Shown here: piece after piece, positions 57,961-64,000 of the stretch
How the letters are laid out: each line of letters starts with the position of its first letter
Position numbering within the stretch: position 1 is the stretch's first letter
Source: an uncultured Gemmatimonadales bacterium
GTDB taxonomy: Bacteria; Gemmatimonadota; Gemmatimonadetes; Longimicrobiales; RSA9
Reading direction: 5' to 3'
DNA length: 64,000 nt
Assembly: GCA_963741945.1 (NCBI GenBank)
Contig: CAVUKA010000008.1
Location: 1 to 64,000 of the forward strand
Made by a program: the position numbers and the translations under genes
Notes under the pieces: model-generated
What the model saw: only the letters and a program-made list of their open reading frames with translations
What the model was told of the DNA's origin: nothing
Database searches by the model: none

Positions 57961-58646
57961 TCGTTGCCATCGATGGCCCGGCCGGATCCGGGAAGACTTC
58001 GACGGCCCGGGAAGTGGCCAGGCGTCTGGGAATGCTGCACGTGGATTCCGGCGCGTTCTACCGCGCCCTCACCTACGCGCTCCTGGCCGGGGGCATACCG
58101 GAGGAGGCGTGGGATGGCATCTCCGGCGGACAACTGGACGCGCTCGCCGTGGACGCGGTCCGGGAGGGCGGCCGGCTCCGGTTGCGCGCCGGTGGGCGCT
58201 TGCTCGACCCGGAGCTGCGCACGCCGGAGATCAACGCCCGCGTCTCGCACGCGGCCCGCATCCCGACCGTCCGGGACTGGTTGCTGGAGCGCTTCCGCGA
58301 GCTGGCTCGCGCCGAGGACGTGGTGGCGGACGGCCGCGACATCGGTACTGTCGTATTTCCGGATGCCGAGCTGAAGGTGTTCCTCCTCGCGTCCCCGGAA
58401 ATCCGGGCACGACGCCGTCTGCGGGAGCAGGGGGAGGACGAGCCTGACCGCGATTCGCTGCTGGCGGAGATCGAGCGGCTGCGGGAGCGCGACCGACAGG
58501 ACACCGAGCGGGCCGTCGCCCCTCTGCGGGTGGCGGACGACGCGGTGCGCGTGGACACGACCGCACTCACGTTCGACGAGCAGGTGGGTGCCATCCTGGA
58601 GCTGGCCCGGGGCCGGGGCGCCGACCTCCCCCCGACCACCGGGTGA
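57954..58646 (+). CDS. cmk: Cytidylate kinase
   Basis: AIDGPAGSGKT, DSGAFYRA, DGRDIGTVVFPDA. Confidence 0.97.
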   Translation: MLIVAIDGPAGSGKTSTAREVARRLGMLHVDSGAFYRALTYALLAGGIPEEAWDGISGGQLDALAVDAVREGGRLRLRAGGRLLDPELRTPEINARVSHAARIPTVRDWLLERFRELARAEDVVADGRDIGTVVFPDAELKVFLLASPEIRARRRLREQGEDEPDRDSLLAEIERLRERDRQDTERAVAPLRVADDAVRVDTTALTFDEQVGAILELARGRGADLPPTTG

Positions 58647-58738
58647 ACCGTTCCACCGCCCCATGCGGAACGGCCGGAGCCACGGGAGCGCCCGGCGGCC
58701 GACATGTCCGGTGCCCCACTCGCCGGTGTCGCGCGCGC

Positions 58739-58767
58739 TTGACCGGCTACGGGCGGGCGGATAGATT
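58739..58767 (+). promoter_or_regulatory. sigma70 promoter of rpsA
   Basis: TTGACC-17 bp-TAGATT. Confidence 0.75.
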
Positions 58768-58878
58768 TATGGGCTACCATTCTACGGAATGGGGCGGGGC
58801 GCGGGAAGCGCGCCCCTTTTTTACACGTGAACCGTCGGGGGTCTTCTCGGCCCAGCGACGAATGAGGGCATCCAGGAC

Positions 58879-61020
58879 ATGGCAGACAACACCACCGAAC
58901 AGCAGGCCCCCACCGCCACGGAAGAGGCGTCGAGCGCGGAGATGACCGCGGCCGAAGACGCGACGGTGCAGGCTGGCAATCCGCAGACGGCACTGGCCGA
59001 GCGCGAATTCACGCAGGACCAGATCGACCGTCGGGCGCGGGAAGTAGGCATCAAGCCCGAGCTCTTCGACGAGAACGAGTACAGCCTCGACGAGTACGAG
59101 GAAATGCTCGCGATGTACGAGGACACCCTCAAGGAGATCGAGGAGGGTGAGATCGTGCGGGCGCGGGTGCTCCGGGTGACGGAAAACGCCGTGATCCTGG
59201 ACGTCGGGTTCAAGAGCGAAGGCTCCGTCCCGAAGGATGAGTTCAGCGATCCCGACCAGCTGCAGCCGGACCAGGAGGTGGAGGTCTTCCTGGAGCGACT
59301 GGAGGATGATGAGGGGCGTGTGGTCCTGTCCAAGAAGAAGGCGGACTTCCTCCGCGTCTGGGACAAGATCAAGCAGGCGCACGAGGAGGATGAGGAGGTC
59401 CCGGGCATCCTGAAGCGGAAGATCAAGGGTGGGGTGACCGTGGACCTGATGGGCGTGGAGGCGTTCCTCCCCGGCTCGCAGATCGCGCTCCGCCGGGTCC
59501 CGAATGTCGAGGACCTGATCGGGAACAAGTACAGCTTCAAGATCATCAAGCTGAACAAGCGGCGTCGCAACATCGTGGTGAGCCGTCGGGTGATCCTGGA
59601 GGAGGAGCGGGAGAACAAGAAGAAGTACCTGGTGAAGGAGCTGATGGTCGGCCAGGTGCGCGAGGGCGTTGTGAAGAACGTGACGGACTTCGGCGCCTTC
59701 ATCGACCTGGGCGGGCTGGACGGGCTGCTGCACATCACGGATATGAGCTGGGGCCGTGTGGGCCACCCGTCGGAGATCGTCAACATCGGCGACTCCATCG
59801 ACGTCAAGGTCCTGGACATCGACTGGGATCGCGAGCGGATCTCGCTGGGCTTGAAGCAGCTCCTGCCGTATCCGTGGAAGGACGTGGTCGACAAGTACCC
59901 GGTGGGATCGCGCGTCATCGGGCGGGTGGTCTCCATCACGAACTACGGCGCCTTCGTGGAGCTGGAGAAGGGCGTCGAGGGGCTGGTCCACGTCAGCGAG
60001 ATGAGCTGGACGCGGAACATCAAGCACCCGTCCCAGATCGTCTCCATCGGCGACGAGATCGAGGCCGTGGTCCTGAAGGTGGACCGCGACGAGGAGAAGA
60101 TCTCGCTCGGCATGAAGCAGATCGAGGAGGACCCCTGGCTGGCGCTGCCGGTGAAGTATCCCACGGGCACGAAGGTGAAGGGCATCGTCCGGAACCTGAC
60201 CTCCTTCGGCGCGTTCGTGGAGATCGAGCCCGGCATCGACGGCCTGATCCACATCTCGGACATGAGCTGGACCAAGCGGATCCAGCACCCGTCCGAGGTG
60301 CTGCGCAAGGGCGAAGAGGTGGAGGTGATGGTGCTTGGCGTGGATGCGGAGAACAAACGTATCTCGCTGGGCTTGAAGCAGATGCAGGACGACCCCTGGT
60401 ACCGCCTGGTGGACCAGTACTCGCCTGGCGTGGAGACCTCGGGCACGGTGGCCCGCATTCTCGAGGATGGCGCGGTGGTGGACCTCGGGGGTGACGTGGA
60501 AGGGTTCGTCCCGGTGAGCCAGCTCCCCGGCAACGTCCGCGAGGCCGGGGATGCCGTCCAGGAAGGCCAGAGCGTGGATCTGCGCGTGCTGGAGTCGGAC
60601 GCCGTGAACCGCCGGATCGTCCTGGCGGTGACGGAGATCCACCCGGTCGAGGGTGGCGCCGAAGCTGAAGCCGAGGGTGGCGCAGAAGCCGAGGGTGGCG
60701 CAGAAGCCGAGGGTGGCGCAGAAGCCGAGGGTGGCGCTGAAGCCGAAGCCGAGAGTGGCGCTGAAGCCGAAGCCGAATCCGAGGTCGAGGCGGAAGCTGC
60801 CACCGAGGTCGAGGCCGAAGCCAGCACGGAGGTCGAGGCGGAGGGTGAGACCGAAGCCGAAGCCGAGGGTGGTGCGGACGTGGAGGCGGAGGCGGAAGCC
60901 GAAGAGCCGGCGGACGCGGCCGCTCCGGAGCCGACCGGCACGGAGGCGCCGTCCGAAGCGACCGCGGAAGCGGAGGCGCCGGAGCCGGAGCCGGTGGAGG
61001 AGTCCGAAGAGGAGAAGTAG
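58879..61020 (+). CDS. rpsA: 30S ribosomal protein S1 with acidic C-terminal tail
   Basis: Repeated S1 domains (DFGAFIDLGGLDGLLHITDMSW, NYGAFVELEKGVEGLVHVSEMSW, FGAFVEIEPGIDGLIHISDMSW); follows cmk. Confidence 0.98.
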   Translation: MADNTTEQQAPTATEEASSAEMTAAEDATVQAGNPQTALAEREFTQDQIDRRAREVGIKPELFDENEYSLDEYEEMLAMYEDTLKEIEEGEIVRARVLRVTENAVILDVGFKSEGSVPKDEFSDPDQLQPDQEVEVFLERLEDDEGRVVLSKKKADFLRVWDKIKQAHEEDEEVPGILKRKIKGGVTVDLMGVEAFLPGSQIALRRVPNVEDLIGNKYSFKIIKLNKRRRNIVVSRRVILEEERENKKKYLVKELMVGQVREGVVKNVTDFGAFIDLGGLDGLLHITDMSWGRVGHPSEIVNIGDSIDVKVLDIDWDRERISLGLKQLLPYPWKDVVDKYPVGSRVIGRVVSITNYGAFVELEKGVEGLVHVSEMSWTRNIKHPSQIVSIGDEIEAVVLKVDRDEEKISLGMKQIEEDPWLALPVKYPTGTKVKGIVRNLTSFGAFVEIEPGIDGLIHISDMSWTKRIQHPSEVLRKGEEVEVMVLGVDAENKRISLGLKQMQDDPWYRLVDQYSPGVETSGTVARILEDGAVVDLGGDVEGFVPVSQLPGNVREAGDAVQEGQSVDLRVLESDAVNRRIVLAVTEIHPVEGGAEAEAEGGAEAEGGAEAEGGAEAEGGAEAEAESGAEAEAESEVEAEAATEVEAEASTEVEAEGETEAEAEGGADVEAEAEAEEPADAAAPEPTGTEAPSEATAEAEAPEPEPVEESEEEK
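60649..60774 (+). repeat. 18-bp in-frame tandem repeat (EGGAEA)n in rpsA tail
   Basis: GAGGGTGGCGCAGAAGCC x3 perfect (60673-60726) plus degenerate flanking copies. Confidence 0.92.
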
Positions 61021-61043
61021 CTCTCTTCGTTGCTCTGGAGAGT

Positions 61044-61080
61044 GGGGGAGGCGGGTCCGTGTGGCCCGCCTCCCTTTTTT
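61044..61080 (+). terminator. Intrinsic terminator after rpsA
   Basis: GGGAGGCGGGTC...GGCCCGCCTCCC + T6. Confidence 0.88.
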
Positions 61081-61113
61081 CGTCGGCGTTACGCGGGTAG
61101 TTTCCCGCGACCG

Positions 61114-62712
61114 ATGGAGCGCGAACGCAGCAGATCGAGGAGAGGCTTGAGCCGAATGATGATGCTGGCCGCCGCGACCCTGGTGGTGGCGCTAGCCTGC
61201 TCTGTGGGCGAGCCTGCCGCGGGTGGACGGCCGGAGCCGGACACCCGCAGCGCCGGTGCCGTGGACACGGCGGCGGCCGAGAGGGTGGCCACGCCGAACG
61301 ATGTCCGGGCGGCAGCGTCGCTGCTGGAACGGGCCGGGGCCGCGTACGAGCACGCCGCCCTGGACTCGGCGCTGGAGTTCGCCAGCCGGGTGATGGTGAC
61401 GTACGGCGGCACGCCCGCGGCGGCCGAAGCTCGCTGGGTCGCGGCCCGGGCCGCGTTCTCCCTCGGCCGGTACGCGGAAGCGCGCACGCTCGCGGAACGC
61501 TACGCCGATGATCGGGGCGTGCGGGAAGGAGCCGCGGATACGGCCAGAACGCTGGCCACGCTCGCCGGTGACGCCATGCAGCCGCCGACGGGCCCCGCCG
61601 TTGTGGGCGCCGTGCTTCCCCGGACCGGATCCCGGATCCTGGTTCGCTACGCCGACTGGGTTCTGGACGGCATTCGGCTGGCCGTACAGGAAGCCGAGCG
61701 GAGGCAGGGCCGCAGAATCGAGCTCGTGGTGGCGGACGACGCGGGCGGCGCCCGCACCCGGGAGGCGATGGCGGAAGTGGAGGGCCGCGGCGCGGTTGCG
61801 GTGGTCGGTCCCCTGATGCCGCAGCAGCTATCGGTGGCGGCGGGGGCCCGCCGGGATGACCGCATGGTGCTGGTGAGTCCGACCATTCCCGTCCTGGCGG
61901 TTCGGCCGCCGAGGACGTACACGATCAGCGGCAGCGACGTACGCGGAGCCGAGGACCTGGGGCAGTACGCCGCGCAGCTCTCGCTCGGTCGCGCGGCGGT
62001 GCTCTACCTGAACACACCGGAGTTCCAGGCCCAGGCCCGCGCGTTCGCGCTGGGGTTCGGGGAGGGCGGCGGGCGGGTGGTTGCGTCGGTCCCCTACGAT
62101 TCGGGGACGACCACGTTCGGCGAGCATTTCGACCGTGTCCTGAATGCCGTGGGCGCCCAGGCCGGGTCTCGTCCCTTCGCGCTCTTCGTGGCCTCGCCGG
62201 CGCGCGACGTCCCGCAGATCGCGCCACAGGTCTCCTTCTACGGGCTCGACTCGCTCGGCGTCCAGGTGCTCGGCGGCGACAGCTGGACGGGGGCGGCCGT
62301 CCGGCGCATCGTGCCGGCCCGCGACCTGGAAGGCGTGCTCGCCGTCTCGCACTTTCCGCCCGGCCAGGCGGACGGATTGGCCAGCCCGTCGTTCGTTCGC
62401 CTCTACGAGGACACGTATCGCCACTCGCTCAACAACCAGCTTCCCGCCCTCGGCTACGACGCGGCGAATCTCGTGCTGCAGGCGCTGCCGGGCCGCGATC
62501 TCACGCCTGAGATGACGGCAAGGCGATTCGACTTCCTGGCGGGCGTCGCGGGCGCCACGGGGGTTCTGTCCGTCCGCGATGGTCAGGTGATCCACACTCC
62601 GTACCTGGTGGCGATCCACGACGGCGAGCTGGTGACAGCGCCGGCGCCGTGGGAGTACGGGGCGCCCGGGTCAGGGAGGCCGCCGGACACCATGGGGGGA
62701 TCGGCGCCATGA
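61114..62712 (+). CDS. LpoA-like lipoprotein (TPR-like N-terminus + type I periplasmic-binding fold)
   Basis: Lipobox ALAC; helical TPR-like region; [23 protein letters not shown]; start uncertain (61114/61147/61156). Confidence 0.7.
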   Translation: MERERSRSRRGLSRMMMLAAATLVVALACSVGEPAAGGRPEPDTRSAGAVDTAAAERVATPNDVRAAASLLERAGAAYEHAALDSALEFASRVMVTYGGTPAAAEARWVAARAAFSLGRYAEARTLAERYADDRGVREGAADTARTLATLAGDAMQPPTGPAVVGAVLPRTGSRILVRYADWVLDGIRLAVQEAERRQGRRIELVVADDAGGARTREAMAEVEGRGAVAVVGPLMPQQLSVAAGARRDDRMVLVSPTIPVLAVRPPRTYTISGSDVRGAEDLGQYAAQLSLGRAAVLYLNTPEFQAQARAFALGFGEGGGRVVASVPYDSGTTTFGEHFDRVLNAVGAQAGSRPFALFVASPARDVPQIAPQVSFYGLDSLGVQVLGGDSWTGAAVRRIVPARDLEGVLAVSHFPPGQADGLASPSFVRLYEDTYRHSLNNQLPALGYDAANLVLQALPGRDLTPEMTARRFDFLAGVAGATGVLSVRDGQVIHTPYLVAIHDGELVTAPAPWEYGAPGSGRPPDTMGGSAP

Positions 62713-64000
62713 GCATGCGAGAGAAAGTCAAGGCACTCGAGGAGCTGCGGCGGAAATCGAAGCTCGGGGGTGGCGAGGGTCGCCTGCGGGCCCAGCACGA
62801 CCGCGGGAAGCTCTCCGCGCGGGAACGACTCGAGCTCCTGCTGGACGAGGACAGCTTTGTGGAGCTCGATCGCTTCGTCACGCACCGGACCACGGGCTTC
62901 GGCCTGGAAGACCAGAAGTATCTCGGGGACGGGGTGGTGACCGGCTACGGGTCCATCCACGGCCGCCTGGTTTACGTCTTCAGCCAGGACTTCACCGTCT
63001 TCGGCGGGTCGCTGTCGGAAGCCCACGCCGAGAAGATCGTGAAAGTCCAGGAGCTGGCGCTGAAGAACGGCGCGCCGTTGGTCGGGCTGAACGACAGCGG
63101 TGGCGCCCGGATCCAGGAGGGCGTGGTCAGCCTGGGCGGCTATGCCGACATCTTCCTGCGCAACACCCTGGCATCGGGCGTGGTGCCGCAGATCAGCGCG
63201 ATCCTGGGGCCGTGCGCGGGCGGCGCGGTGTACTCGCCGGCCATCACCGACTTCGTCTACATGGTGCGGGGAACGAGCTACATGTTCGTGACCGGGCCGA
63301 ACGTGGTGAAGACGGTCACGCACGAGGACATCGACATGGAGGGTCTCGGCGGCGCCGACGTGCACGCGGGGACCTCCGGCGTGGCGCACTTCGTTCACGA
63401 CTCCGAGATGGAGGCGCTGGAAGCGGTGCGGCGACTTTTCGACTACATCCCGCAGAACAATCGGGAGGACCCGCCCCTCGGGCCGGCGGACGACCCGTTC
63501 GATCGCCAGGATGAAGAGCTGCTGGACGTGGTTCCGGACGAGCCCACGAAACCGTACGACATCCACGACGTGATCCGGCGCGTGGTGGACGACGGCGACT
63601 TCTACGCGGTGCATGCCGAGTACGCCCAGAACATCGTGGTGGGATTCGCGCACCTGGGCGGCCGGAGCGTGGGGATCGTCGCGAACCAGCCGGCCGTGCT
63701 GGCGGGCGTGCTGGACATCAACAGCTCGGACAAGGGCGCCCGGTTCGTCCGCTTCTGCGACGCGTTCAACATCCCGCTGGTGGTCTTCGAAGACGTCCCG
63801 GGCTTCCTCCCCGGCGTGACGCAGGAGCACGGCGGGATCATCCGCCATGGCGCGAAGCTGCTGTTCGCGTTCTCGGAAGCCACGGTGCCGAAGATCACCG
63901 TGATCACCCGCAAGGCGTATGGCGGGGCGTACGACGTCATGAACTCGAAGCACGTCCGCGGCGACATCAACCTGGCGTGGCCCACGGCCGAGATCGCGGT
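62709..64000 (+). CDS. Acyl-CoA carboxylase beta (carboxyltransferase) subunit, 3' end outside the window
   Basis: [63 protein letters not shown]. Confidence 0.95.
   Translation, partial: MSMREKVKALEELRRKSKLGGGEGRLRAQHDRGKLSARERLELLLDEDSFVELDRFVTHRTTGFGLEDQKYLGDGVVTGYGSIHGRLVYVFSQDFTVFGGSLSEAHAEKIVKVQELALKNGAPLVGLNDSGGARIQEGVVSLGGYADIFLRNTLASGVVPQISAILGPCAGGAVYSPAITDFVYMVRGTSYMFVTGPNVVKTVTHEDIDMEGLGGADVHAGTSGVAHFVHDSEMEALEAVRRLFDYIPQNNREDPPLGPADDPFDRQDEELLDVVPDEPTKPYDIHDVIRRVVDDGDFYAVHAEYAQNIVVGFAHLGGRSVGIVANQPAVLAGVLDINSSDKGARFVRFCDAFNIPLVVFEDVPGFLPGVTQEHGGIIRHGAKLLFAFSEATVPKITVITRKAYGGAYDVMNSKHVRGDINLAWPTAEIA

Noticed and set aside
60649-60774. Tandem repeat as a CRISPR array
   Set aside because: No spacers, in-frame within rpsA, no cas genes

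Overview
High-GC bacterial chromosomal segment made almost entirely of core housekeeping genes. Gene order and protein style suggest Gemmatimonadota (Longimicrobiales-like); this is an inference, not a database result. Contents in order: 3' end of a tRNA, PQQ/sorbosone-dehydrogenase-family lipoprotein, secD-secF-tatD-DUF47-pit-mutL-miaA-bshA-birA-coaX, CIRCE-groES-groEL, alpha-glucan phosphorylase (-), thrS, infC-rpmI-rplT-pheS-pheT-zapB-like-zapA-rny-folD-xseAB-ispA-dxs-nadK-recN, tRNA-Gly/tRNA-Cys, greA (-), two unusual proteins (an internally duplicated helical protein and an outer-membrane beta-barrel with a non-OmpA C-terminal domain), fbaB-rpiA-rpe, a complete heme cluster (hemH-ccsA/hemX-hemA-C-D-B-L-E-N-Y), a Cyc2-like cytochrome-porin (-), tRNA-Leu(UAA), a PDZ protein (-), rnz-aroA-cmk-rpsA, an LpoA-like lipoprotein and the start of an acyl-CoA carboxylase beta subunit. 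I see no mobile elements, integrases or CRISPR arrays. The best signals are: a candidate leaderless Thr-rich leader-peptide attenuator before thrS; terminator-containing structured leaders before infC, rny and rpsA; a Cyc2-type fused cytochrome-porin beside the heme cluster; an animal-like [2Fe-2S] ferrochelatase; and sharp local flips of synonymous C/G skew at operon boundaries.
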